From positions 1 to 56,366 of the forward strand of contig JANWHN010000060.1 in the NCBI GenBank assembly GCA_025450445.1: a stretch of 56,366 nucleotides of DNA, written 5' to 3'. This DNA comes from Anaerolineales bacterium. GTDB lineage: Bacteria; Chloroflexota; Anaerolineae; Anaerolineales; UBA11579. The notes below the pieces were generated by a model. The model was not told the origin of the DNA. It did no database searches and saw only the letters and a program-made list of their open reading frames with translations. Positions 37,636 through 46,886 of the stretch are shown here, in pieces. Within the stretch, counting starts at the first letter, position 1, and every line of letters begins with the position of its first letter. Both the position numbers and the translations under genes were made by a program.

Positions 37636-38555
37636 CTATTTGGCTTGAGTTCGGCCAAAACAACAATGCGTTGCGAATCGATTCGATAGGGGTAACAACT
37701 GATCAATGTGAGGGTGGCGTCAACAGTGGGGTCCATAACTTGAATAAATGTAGGCTCAACGATCATTTTTTCTGTGATCACGTATACATGGCTGCTGGTC
37801 GCCGTAAACACGGTGATCTCGTCGCCAACACTGAGTTCGTTCAGCTCTCGGAACACTTCTCCGTAAATGTCATTGTGCCCGGTCAGCACAAGGTTGCCAT
37901 TTTCGCCGGGGTCCGCCGTGCCAATATGCTGGCCGACCCCGCGCTTGAGCTCCTCCCAGCCATCGCCCTGCACGATCGGGGCGTTCACCCCAATAGCCGG
38001 GATCTTGATTCCCAGCGCTTGCTCCGGTCCTGGCGTCGGCACTTCAATTGCCGCCGTATAAGCTTGCACAACCGGCCGCAGATGTTCCGGGATCTCAGCC
38101 TCGTTCGGCCGCGGAGCTTCGCCTTCTGTGGGCGGTGTGTGTCCGGATGGCAACACCACCGGCCCGATCAGTGGGGTGGGGCTCGCTTCCGATCCGCTGG
38201 CAAATGCCGCAGCCACTTCGCGGTTCAGCTCATCCAGCAGATTTATGCCGTTAAGGACAATGTACCCAAGCCCTAATACTGCAATCACCTCGATCGCCAG
38301 CAGTCCGCGGTCTGCCCAACTTCGCAAGCGAGGTTTGGGCGGCGCGTCCAAACGCAGTTTGGGGTCAGCATGCACTCGCGGCGATCCGAGCGGATCGCCG
38401 TCCTTGGACTCAGCCCGCTCCGCATTAACCGGCAGGAGTTCTCCGCTCTGTTTGTAGGCTTCCAGCCGTCGCTGTCGGTCGGCGCGGCGCTGCTCAAGCA
38501 GCATCCGCCGCAGCTCGCTCTCACTCAGCCCAGGCGATTTGATCTTCTTTGCCAT
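37632..38555 (-). CDS. Sortase, class D-like
   Basis: LKRGVG.H.GT..PG..GN.VLTGH, TLISCYP, R.VV; TM anchor after a long N-terminal extension. Confidence 0.9.
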   Translation of the reverse strand: MAKKIKSPGLSESELRRMLLEQRRADRQRRLEAYKQSGELLPVNAERAESKDGDPLGSPRVHADPKLRLDAPPKPRLRSWADRGLLAIEVIAVLGLGYIVLNGINLLDELNREVAAAFASGSEASPTPLIGPVVLPSGHTPPTEGEAPRPNEAEIPEHLRPVVQAYTAAIEVPTPGPEQALGIKIPAIGVNAPIVQGDGWEELKRGVGQHIGTADPGENGNLVLTGHNDIYGEVFRELNELSVGDEITVFTATSSHVYVITEKMIVEPTFIQVMDPTVDATLTLISCYPYRIDSQRIVVLAELKPNS

Positions 38556-38578
38556 TGGAGAAAATTATAGCCTTGGCA

Positions 38579-39799
38579 TCATTGCGTTTTTTTCGCTGCA
38601 GTTTCCGCCAAAACTGTTTCCATTTCGCTTGCGAGCTTGGCTCGGTCGAAATGCTTTGTCAAATATTCGCGTCCAGCCGCGCCCATCCGTTTCGCTTGCG
38701 CCGGATTCGCAGCCACCTGCCGGATTGCATCTGCCAGAGCTGCCGCGTCTCCTGGCTGCACAAAAACTCCAGCGCCGGCTTTCTCCACCACTTCCCGAAT
38801 CACGCCGTCAATTGCCAGCAAAACTGGCCGACCGGCCGCCATGTAATCGAAAACCTTGTTTGGATAAACAGTGGAGTAGAGCTTTATGGGCTTCAAAATG
38901 GCTAGGCAGGCATCCGCGCCAGCCAGAGCCTCAGCCATTGCGGTTTTAGGCGCGGGTGGCAGGAAGAAAACATTGGTTAATTTTTTATCTTCGGCGTCTT
39001 GCTGTAATTTACGTTTGTCTTTCCCATCCCCAAGCAAAACGATTGCGATCTTTTGTTCATTCTTTAACAATTCCGCGGCTCGCAACAAGACACCGAGATC
39101 ATTCGATAAACCATGCGCACCCGCGTACAAGATCACGAACTTATCCTGCAATCCATGCTCGCCGCGAAAACTTGCGCCGTCAGATTTTGGATCAAACATG
39201 CTCGCATCTGCCCCATTGGGCACCACGTTGATATGCCGACCGCCGCGGCCACGCACATGGTCGATGAAGCCTGGCGAGTTCAGCACAATCGCGTCCGCCC
39301 GCCGATATAAAAACCGCTCCAGCCATTCGGACGCTGCGATCAGAACCCGATTCTGCAAAACGCCAACCGCGACCGCGAATGCCGGCCACAGATCGCGTAC
39401 CTCGTACAAAAACGGTACGCGTTTGAGGCGAGCCAATGCCCACGCGCTGGCCGCCTGGAAAATCGGCGGCGAAGTACCCCAAACAATGTTCACGTTTCTA
39501 ACGCTCAGCCCGATAAAAAAAGAGCTTGCGGTAAAGCTAAGGAAGTTCAGGAGGCGCAAAAAGAAATTTCGATGCAAACCTCCAAAAGTTGGTGCACGCA
39601 AAACCTTTATGCCGTCCGGAGATTTTGTTTGCTTGGCAGCGTCGCTCCCAGTCAGGTAGCTGACGCGGCTGGTGATCACCGTGACCCTGTGCCCGCTGTT
39701 TACAAGGTGCCGCGCAAACTCGTAGTGCCGCGTGCCGCCCGGTTCATCCAGCGCCACGAAAGCCTGGTGGATTAAAAGGATATGCCAAGGTTTGGTCAT
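38579..39799 (-). CDS. Glycosyltransferase family 4, WbuB-like
   Basis: TSPPIF, EVRDLWP, YAGAHG, PNKVFDYMAAGRP. Confidence 0.9.
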   Translation of the reverse strand: MTKPWHILLIHQAFVALDEPGGTRHYEFARHLVNSGHRVTVITSRVSYLTGSDAAKQTKSPDGIKVLRAPTFGGLHRNFFLRLLNFLSFTASSFFIGLSVRNVNIVWGTSPPIFQAASAWALARLKRVPFLYEVRDLWPAFAVAVGVLQNRVLIAASEWLERFLYRRADAIVLNSPGFIDHVRGRGGRHINVVPNGADASMFDPKSDGASFRGEHGLQDKFVILYAGAHGLSNDLGVLLRAAELLKNEQKIAIVLLGDGKDKRKLQQDAEDKKLTNVFFLPPAPKTAMAEALAGADACLAILKPIKLYSTVYPNKVFDYMAAGRPVLLAIDGVIREVVEKAGAGVFVQPGDAAALADAIRQVAANPAQAKRMGAAGREYLTKHFDRAKLASEMETVLAETAAKKTQ

Positions 39800-41712
39800 C
39801 AAATAGGTAAAGTAAACGTGCTTGTGATCGTGATGGGCAATAAACCTGTTGCCTTTACAACAAAGGAAAGAGCAGGATTTTTTACACCATACGTCGATGA
39901 CACCCAGCCCAGGATAGGATCGGCAATGCCTTCGCCGTGCACCAATTCTCCTGCCCTGATCAATTGGATTTGGTATTCGTCGCCCACGCTAACATCTAGA
40001 TCTAACTCCACCACACCGTGGGGAGATTGCAAACGCAAGACTTCATTCTCAATTTGCCAATCCCAATCCGGTAGCAGCCAGTGGAGTCGGGCAACAATTT
40101 TCTTCGCCGCGCCTCTCGGAGTTAATCGGTCCGTGATCACCCAGCGGTTGGCCTCGGCAGCCACTTGCCGCCGATAGTCGACCCGAAGGCGCTGGTATCC
40201 GTCATGCTCGGCAAGTACCCGCACCAGCTGTCCATCCCCGCCGCGTTCCTCGTCGACCAACTTGGCTTGCGCCCAATCCAGCCACAAAAATCGGCCAGCC
40301 TTGGTCATGGACTCGCGGCCATTGACCATCACGGCATTGTGCGCCCGTCCGCCGGAAAGCGCGTTGTCCCATGGTGCCGGCGCGGTGTAAAGGTAGCTGC
40401 CCGCATCTTGCGCAATATTCAGCTCGCGCCACCACAGGTCGACTTGCAGTTGATCCGCGTGTCCTGGTCGCTCTTTAAATTGGGCCATCCTGAAATATGC
40501 CCAACTTTCTTTTCCTTCCACTCGCACTGGACCAAAATCGGGCCCGCGCAGAAAGCTGGTCGGGTTTACACCCAGCCACAAATTCATTTCATCCCAAATC
40601 CCGATCGGCAATGCAGCATCCCGGCGAAACACCAGGCTGGCCGCCTGCAGAGCGGGCCGGTAGTCTTCGAATGGCAAAATGCTCAGTGGCAAAATGTAGG
40701 CGCCGTCGTTAGGTCCCAAGTTCGGCGCTCGCCCGGTATTTCGATCCACGATCGTGAGCTGCCAATCAGTGGCTCTTGCCAGCTTAACAACTGTGGATAT
40801 CGGTAGTTCCTTCAAAATCTTTTGCGCCCAGGTTCCCAACTGCAGCATCAGCCGGTGGTAATTGTTGCTGTGCTGAGCGTAGCTGCCATCCTCATGGATC
40901 TGGCCCTCAATGCCTTCCAGAAAATGGTTCGTTCCCAGTTTTCGCCATTGCTTGGCTTTCGGGTGGCTAGGGATCAGAGCCGCCGCCGTGCACAAGCCCA
41001 TCGCTTCGCTCAGCAGGTGATTGTTGTTCTGAGCGAGCGCGTAATTCAGTGTCGGCGGGATACGCTCGGCGTGGGCAACCACGCTTTGAGCCAGCAAACG
41101 TTTTCGCTCTGGGCTGCTCGCTTTTGCTTCTGCCAATAGGCTGAAGCAGAAAGCCCAGCTGATAAGCCGCAATGCAACCTCTTGACCAGAAGACCAATGT
41201 GGCCCAAGATTAGGAGGGTTGGCCGCAATAAATTCCTGTGTGTTTTGCCAAAATGATTCGGCGTAGCGCTCGTCGCCGCTTAACCAGTAAGCCCTCGCAA
41301 GCACCGTGGCCCAGCCAAAGCGGCCCTCTTCCCAAATCGGCTTGATATCTTGGCCGTCGGGCATTTGGCTGTGATATGCGGTCCAATGGCGCAGCTCGCC
41401 CTGGACAGTTAGCTCCAGTTTTCTTGGTTCGCCGCCGAATAACCGCACCTTTCCATCCAGAATTTCGTCAGCTTGCCTGAACAATTCCTTGGCACTATCG
41501 CCAAGAAGCGAATTTATTTTGTCTTTACTAGTGGGGCTGATGAGTTTGACTAAATCATTTTTTTGTTTACTGTTGGTCCTGCCCGTAGGAGTTTGCAGCC
41601 TGAGGAGCCCACTCCGTAATTTGAATTGGTACCAGCCATAAAGAAGAAGGGAGCGGGCGCCGAGCTGGCGCAAAGCCTTCGGAATGATGAGCAGTTTGCG
41701 AAAAAAAGGCAT
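39799..41712 (-). CDS. Heparinase II/III-family protein
   Basis: DIK.IWE..RFGW, EVALR.ISW, NNHLLSE, DGSY.QHS..YH, G.NDG, H.D.L, AHN.V. Confidence 0.85.
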   Translation of the reverse strand: MPFFRKLLIIPKALRQLGARSLLLYGWYQFKLRSGLLRLQTPTGRTNSKQKNDLVKLISPTSKDKINSLLGDSAKELFRQADEILDGKVRLFGGEPRKLELTVQGELRHWTAYHSQMPDGQDIKPIWEEGRFGWATVLARAYWLSGDERYAESFWQNTQEFIAANPPNLGPHWSSGQEVALRLISWAFCFSLLAEAKASSPERKRLLAQSVVAHAERIPPTLNYALAQNNNHLLSEAMGLCTAAALIPSHPKAKQWRKLGTNHFLEGIEGQIHEDGSYAQHSNNYHRLMLQLGTWAQKILKELPISTVVKLARATDWQLTIVDRNTGRAPNLGPNDGAYILPLSILPFEDYRPALQAASLVFRRDAALPIGIWDEMNLWLGVNPTSFLRGPDFGPVRVEGKESWAYFRMAQFKERPGHADQLQVDLWWRELNIAQDAGSYLYTAPAPWDNALSGGRAHNAVMVNGRESMTKAGRFLWLDWAQAKLVDEERGGDGQLVRVLAEHDGYQRLRVDYRRQVAAEANRWVITDRLTPRGAAKKIVARLHWLLPDWDWQIENEVLRLQSPHGVVELDLDVSVGDEYQIQLIRAGELVHGEGIADPILGWVSSTYGVKNPALSFVVKATGLLPITITSTFTLPI

Positions 41713-41790
41713 TCAGAGGTTAATTGTAGGTGAGTTTACCATTTTGACCGTGCCGTCGACGCGCAGTGCCCGTATGCTAAAATCGCGCGG

Positions 41791-43644
41791 GTGAGAAGAT
41801 TTTCTATACTTTTAGCGCTGCTTCTCGCCGCGCTTGCGCTGCCAAACCTTGCAAGCGCCCAAAGTGGGGCGAGGCTCAATCTCCGTTTTCTGCAAACCGA
41901 ATCGTTCCCGATCGTCAGCGGATTCCTGGACGCGCGCGATCAGGCTGGCGCACGCATTACGGATCTGCAAGCGACCGAGCTGCTGGCGATTGAAGACGGG
42001 TCGCCTCAGCCTGTTGATCAGTTGCGCACGGTTCAGCCTGGCCTGCGCGTGATCGTAGTTCTCAATCCCGCTGAATCTTTCGCCATTCGCGATTCCAAAG
42101 CCATCACTCGTTACGAATACGTGGAGCAAGCTCTCCTGGCGTGGTCGAACAACCTCTCTTCGACCACCAATACCACCTTAAGTTTGATCACACCAGCCGG
42201 TGTTTTGGTCGGTGAAGCGCAAACTGACGAATGGGTTTCCGCACTGGAATCGTTCCAGCCTGATTTCAGCGTGCTTGATGTCAATACCCAAACGATCAGC
42301 CAAGCACTATCGCTCGCCGCTCAGCCGACCGCCGAACCGGGCATGGGCACAGCCATCTTGTGGGTCACAGCCACGCCCCGCGCAGAGGGCCTCACAGCTT
42401 TGTCCGAATGGGCCACTGCGCTGACCGAGAGCGGTGCTCCGCTATTTATTTGGCAAATAGATTCTCCTTCGAATTTCGAATCCGATCTTGCCATTTCGCT
42501 TCAAACCCTTGCCCAGGCAAGCGGCGGGCAAATGTTTAGTTTCTCCGGCCCAGAAACCTTGCCCGGCCCTGAGGACTACTTCTCCTCATTGCGCAGCGCT
42601 TACTTCTTTCAATATACATCGCAACTGCGCAATGCAGGGGCGCATGAAGTCGCCATTCAATTCCAGCGTGAAGGCGCTAACGTCACTTCGCAGCCATTTA
42701 CCTTTGATCTCGACATCCAGCCGCCCAGCCCAAGTCTCGTTTCACCGCCCGCGCAGATCGAACGGGGTCCGTCCCAAAGCGATCCACAGCAGTTGGCTCC
42801 TTTCAGCCAACCGATCGAAGCCGTTGTCGAATTCCCCGACGGGTTCGAGCGCAACCTGGTGCGCAGCACGCTTTTCGTAGATGGAGAGGCCGTTGCCGAG
42901 AATACGGCTGCGCCCTTTACTCGTTTTGCTTGGGATCTGAGCTCCTACGACACCAGCCAGCAGGTCTTCCTGCATGTTGAGGTCGAAGACGAGTTGGGCT
43001 TGGTCGGAACTACGATCGACTTCCCGGTCGAGATTTCAGTTGTTGCCCCGCCAAATTGGTTTCAGGTGTTTCTCGTCCGCGGCGCACCCACACTGGCCCT
43101 CTCGATCGTCATTATTGCCGCTGGCGCTTTTTTCCTTGTGATGCTGCTTTCCGGGCGCCTCGATCCCAACAAGCTTGTCCGCCCTCGTCGTTCACGCCGC
43201 GTCCCGGCCCCAGCGCCAGAATCCGACCCGCTTACCGATTCCCCGCTCACCGCGGATCCCGTTGTTTTGGATTCAAGCACTCCACTCACCGCAGTCCCAA
43301 ATGCTCCTGCTTTTTTGCAGCGTCTGAACATTCAAGAAGCATCTCAATCCGCTCAGCTTCTCGCGCTTGAGAATGGAGAAGTGCTGATTGGTTCCGCCAA
43401 AGCATGCAATGTTGTTCTGAAGGATGACTCTGTCGAAGCTCAACATGCGCGGCTGACCCTATACAGCGATGGTGGCTATCACCTGGCTGATCTCGGATCG
43501 ACAGCAGGCACTTGGGTCAATTACGCTCCCGTTTCGCCAGAAGGCAGCCAATTGCAAGACGGCGACTTGATTCACATCGGCCGGGTGGCATTTCGTTTCT
43601 TACTGAATCCAGCGTCGAATGGTTCTGCAGAAGTCTCCGAATGA
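41791..43644 (+). CDS. Membrane protein: extracellular VWA/Ig-like region, TM helix, cytoplasmic FHA domain
   Basis: Signal peptide; LAQASGG; P.S...P and APF...WD Ig-like segments; TM helix; IG...C...L...V...HA.L...DLGST.GTWVN...L.DGD.I.IG. Confidence 0.8.
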   Translation: MRRFSILLALLLAALALPNLASAQSGARLNLRFLQTESFPIVSGFLDARDQAGARITDLQATELLAIEDGSPQPVDQLRTVQPGLRVIVVLNPAESFAIRDSKAITRYEYVEQALLAWSNNLSSTTNTTLSLITPAGVLVGEAQTDEWVSALESFQPDFSVLDVNTQTISQALSLAAQPTAEPGMGTAILWVTATPRAEGLTALSEWATALTESGAPLFIWQIDSPSNFESDLAISLQTLAQASGGQMFSFSGPETLPGPEDYFSSLRSAYFFQYTSQLRNAGAHEVAIQFQREGANVTSQPFTFDLDIQPPSPSLVSPPAQIERGPSQSDPQQLAPFSQPIEAVVEFPDGFERNLVRSTLFVDGEAVAENTAAPFTRFAWDLSSYDTSQQVFLHVEVEDELGLVGTTIDFPVEISVVAPPNWFQVFLVRGAPTLALSIVIIAAGAFFLVMLLSGRLDPNKLVRPRRSRRVPAPAPESDPLTDSPLTADPVVLDSSTPLTAVPNAPAFLQRLNIQEASQSAQLLALENGEVLIGSAKACNVVLKDDSVEAQHARLTLYSDGGYHLADLGSTAGTWVNYAPVSPEGSQLQDGDLIHIGRVAFRFLLNPASNGSAEVSE

Positions 43645-44618
43645 TCCCAACTGAAAAAACTGAATTTACGATCTTTGCTGCCACGCATGCCGGCAAGAGT
43701 GGGGAAACAAATGAAGATCGCTATCGCCTCGAAACCTTCCTGCTCGATGAGGAAAGCGGCAAGGAATCCGTTTTCGCCATTCTTGCCGATGGCATCGGCG
43801 CTCATCGGGCTGGCGAGGTAGCAGCAGAGATCGCGGTCGAGACCATAAGCAATACTGTCGCCCGAAGCGATGGCAGCCAACCCACGGGGATCCTGGAATC
43901 AGCCATCATCCAGGCCAGCCAAGCAATCCGTTTTCGCTCTGAATCGCGCTCCGAATGGGAGGGCATGGGCAGCACCTGCCTTTGCGTCTGGGTGCAGGGC
44001 AGTCAACTCTTTAGCGCCTCCGTGGGGAATTCGCGCCTGTACTTATTGCGCAATCACCAAATCCACCAGCTGAACGTTCTTCGTCGCCTTCCCGGCAAAG
44101 TTAACCCACCTGCTCGATCCAAAAAGCGCGGACCAAAGGAAGATGCATTGGGCGGTTATCTTGGCTCAAAAAGTCCAGTCGAGGTTGATTTCCGCCTCGC
44201 CGATCCGGCTAACAAGCGGGTCTCGCCTCGTAATCAAGGTTTGCAGTTACAACCGAACGATAAACTGTTGATTTGCAGCGACGGTCTCGGCGACACACTA
44301 ACCCCTCAGGAAATCTTAGAATTCTTCGGTAAAAAAGATTCCAAGGGCGTCGTTGACGAATTGGTTAATTTTGCGCTGATGAAAGGCACTGACCAGAATG
44401 TCACTGCGGTGATTCTTGGCGTGCCACCAGCTTCTCGTTTTGCCCAGCCGGTTAATTGGGTGCGATTCGTTGCCATCGCCCTGCTTATGGTCTTACTGGT
44501 TTTTCTTGGTTTATTTAGTTGGTGGCTGTGGCTAAGGCAGATCGACTCAATTCGGACTTTTCCTCCAACTGCAATAAGTACGCTCACTCCAGTATCTACG
44601 AACACTCCCGTGCCTTAA
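43641..44618 (+). CDS. PP2C/PPM-family phosphatase-like protein with C-terminal TM
   Basis: NED, LADGIG, MGST, VGNSR.Y, LICSDGL; ATGA overlap with the FHA gene. Confidence 0.85.
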   Translation: MIPTEKTEFTIFAATHAGKSGETNEDRYRLETFLLDEESGKESVFAILADGIGAHRAGEVAAEIAVETISNTVARSDGSQPTGILESAIIQASQAIRFRSESRSEWEGMGSTCLCVWVQGSQLFSASVGNSRLYLLRNHQIHQLNVLRRLPGKVNPPARSKKRGPKEDALGGYLGSKSPVEVDFRLADPANKRVSPRNQGLQLQPNDKLLICSDGLGDTLTPQEILEFFGKKDSKGVVDELVNFALMKGTDQNVTAVILGVPPASRFAQPVNWVRFVAIALLMVLLVFLGLFSWWLWLRQIDSIRTFPPTAISTLTPVSTNTPVP

Positions 44619-44652
44619 ATCTTGCCAAAGCAACCTGGGCTATTATTAACTG

Positions 44653-46020
44653 ATGGCGCCCAAAACGTTGCTGGCCGAAGTCCTTTCGGGGCAGAAGGTT
44701 CTTGATTTACCCAAGGTCCTAAAGAAAGCGCTATCTCCGGCAACCATTGCTCTTTTGTTCGCCATAGGTGGCGAAGCAGAAAGACAGAGAGCGCCGCTCT
44801 ACCTGGTCGGCGGTTTTGTGCGCGATCTGTTGCTTCAGCGTCCCAACCTGGATCTGGACTTGGTGATTGAAGGCGACGCCATCCAACTCGGCCGAACATT
44901 GCAGAAGCGCTTTGGTGGCCGATTAACGCCCCATCAGTCGTTCGGCACGGCTGTTTGGTGGCTACCGGAAGACAAAAAGAAACTTCTTCGCAACATCGGG
45001 TCGGCCAGCAAACAAAAGTCGTCGCCCCAATTTCCTGAATTTATTGACCTGGTCTCCGCTCGCCAAGAGAGCTATCGTCGGCCGGGTTCTCTTCCCGATG
45101 TGAAGTTTGCCGATATCCGCGCCGATCAATATCGCCGCGATTTTACGATCAACGCCTTGGCGCTCTGCCTTACCGGTCTGCGTGCCGGACAGCTGCTGGA
45201 CCCTTGGGACGGTTTGCGCGATCTGCGCCGCGGCTTGCTGCGCGTTCTGCACTCGAAATCATTTTCCGACGACCCGACTCGCATTCTTCGTGCCGTCCGT
45301 TTTGCTGCCCGTTTGAAATTCAAGATCGAGCCGAGTACGCTTAAGCAGCTTAAATCGTCTCTCCGTTTCATGAATCAGATCTCGGGCGAGCGGATTCGCC
45401 GCGAGCTGGAACTTGCACTCGAAGAAGAGAAGCGCGTACAAGTCCTTCAGCAAATGCAGAAGCTCGGTGTCCTCAAAAGCATTCATGCGGGTTTGAAATG
45501 GCAATCGGCCATGGGCGCTCTGTTGCGCCGCCTGATTCCCTCATCAGCATTGCAGGTCTGGGGCTTGGAAAATGTCCCCTTTACTGACATCAGCTTTGTT
45601 TTATGGTTTGTGCAGCTTCCTGCATCCGTCATTGCCGCTATCACTGACCGCCTGCGCTTCACAGCAGACATGCGGGGGGGCGCTGTAGCCGCCGCTCGGT
45701 TGCGCGCCAGCGAGCCGAGTCTCAAGAAATTGTCCACTAGCCGTCTGGTTTCCGCGCTCGAACGAGAACCGCTGATTTCCGTTTTTGCCTTGTATCTACT
45801 CAACAGCAACAATAAGTTCGGGCAAAAACTCCAACGCTACGCCAAAGAATGGCGTCATATCCGCTCTCATCTTGACGGAAACGATCTGAAAAATTTGGGC
45901 TTGAAGCCAGGTCCCGACTATCGGAACATTCTCGAGCGTTTGCGCTCCGCCCGGCTGGATGGCGAGGTCAAGAACGTTGCGCAAGAAAAAGCATTGCTAA
46001 AGAAAGTCATAAATGGATAG
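44653..46020 (+). CDS. cca: Class II tRNA nucleotidyltransferase (CCA- or A-adding type)
   Basis: LVGGFVRD, DLDLV, RRDFTINA, SF.DDPTRILRAVRF, ISGER. Confidence 0.88.
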   Translation: MAPKTLLAEVLSGQKVLDLPKVLKKALSPATIALLFAIGGEAERQRAPLYLVGGFVRDLLLQRPNLDLDLVIEGDAIQLGRTLQKRFGGRLTPHQSFGTAVWWLPEDKKKLLRNIGSASKQKSSPQFPEFIDLVSARQESYRRPGSLPDVKFADIRADQYRRDFTINALALCLTGLRAGQLLDPWDGLRDLRRGLLRVLHSKSFSDDPTRILRAVRFAARLKFKIEPSTLKQLKSSLRFMNQISGERIRRELELALEEEKRVQVLQQMQKLGVLKSIHAGLKWQSAMGALLRRLIPSSALQVWGLENVPFTDISFVLWFVQLPASVIAAITDRLRFTADMRGGAVAAARLRASEPSLKKLSTSRLVSALEREPLISVFALYLLNSNNKFGQKLQRYAKEWRHIRSHLDGNDLKNLGLKPGPDYRNILERLRSARLDGEVKNVAQEKALLKKVING

Positions 46021-46549
46021 CACTGAAACTAAAGCCGCTACAAATTGGTTGGATCAGATAGTTATTCGCCATCTAAGACCCGATGAGCTCACCGCTTTGG
46101 AATGGGACGGTGCTTACTCGCATTTTCGCCGCGTCTACGCCCGCGCATTACAGCGCGCCCAAAATGGGTTGGCCGTCCTGTGGGTTGCAGTGGACGAAGC
46201 GGAAACCCTGATCGGTCAGGTTTTCGTTTTGCTGAATAGCGAATTTGATCCCCAGCTTGCTAACGGTGAAGACCGTGCCTTCATTCATTCGTTCCGGGTC
46301 CGCCCTGAATTTCGCAGCCGCGGCTTGGGCGAACGACTGCTCCAAGTCACCGAAGCGGACCTTGTCGCCCGTAAATTCAAGATCGTCGGCCTCAACGTTG
46401 CTGACGATAACTCCGCCGCTCGGCGTTTCTACGAAAGGCACGGATACCGCCCAGTTATGAAGGTTTCCGGAGAGTGGAGCTATACCGATCACCTGGGAGC
46501 GGAGCGTGATGTTAAGGAGCCCGGCTGGCGGCTGATCAAAAACCTCTAA
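46013..46549 (+). CDS. GNAT acetyltransferase
   Basis: VRPEFRSRGLG, N..ARRFYERHGY. Confidence 0.88.
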   Translation: MDSTETKAATNWLDQIVIRHLRPDELTALEWDGAYSHFRRVYARALQRAQNGLAVLWVAVDEAETLIGQVFVLLNSEFDPQLANGEDRAFIHSFRVRPEFRSRGLGERLLQVTEADLVARKFKIVGLNVADDNSAARRFYERHGYRPVMKVSGEWSYTDHLGAERDVKEPGWRLIKNL

Positions 46550-46623
46550 TTTATCCATAAAAGCCTTTGGCCTTTTGTGTGATTGGAACCTGGGCAACCC
46601 TTGTCCCCCTGCGCTCCAAACTC

Positions 46624-46673
46624 CGTCATTGCGAGGAGGGCGAGGCGAAGCCATCCGCCCGACGTGGCAATCT
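46624..46673 (+). repeat. CGTC-type palindromic repeat, copy 6
   Basis: CGTCATTGCGAGGA-GGGCG...GGCgaaGCC...CGCCC-GACGTGGCAATCT. Confidence 0.85.
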
Positions 46674-46762
46674 TGGTTCGAATTCACCAATGTTGAATGT
46701 GCCTGCTGTACCACGGCGGGTCACTGAGAGCATGTTTAGAGAAAACATTTTGCCATCTTTGC

Positions 46763-46791
46763 TTGCCTTTCCAGTTTTTTTATGCTAAAAT
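46763..46791 (+). promoter_or_regulatory. Sigma70-type promoter of the nusA operon
   Basis: TTGCCT, 17-nt spacer ending TGC, then TAAAAT (extended -10). Confidence 0.7.
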
Positions 46792-46827
46792 CTTGACGTT
46801 CTTGCAGTACCCATAGTTGTGAACTGG

Positions 46828-46850
46828 AAAGTGGGCAACCCCCACTTTTT
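46828..46850 (+). promoter_or_regulatory. rimP-leader-like attenuator hairpin
   Basis: AAAGTGGG-caacc-CCCACTTTTT in the nusA 5' UTR. Confidence 0.75.
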
Positions 46851-46886
46851 CGCTTATATGGGACAACCGAATAGGAGTTAGTACCA

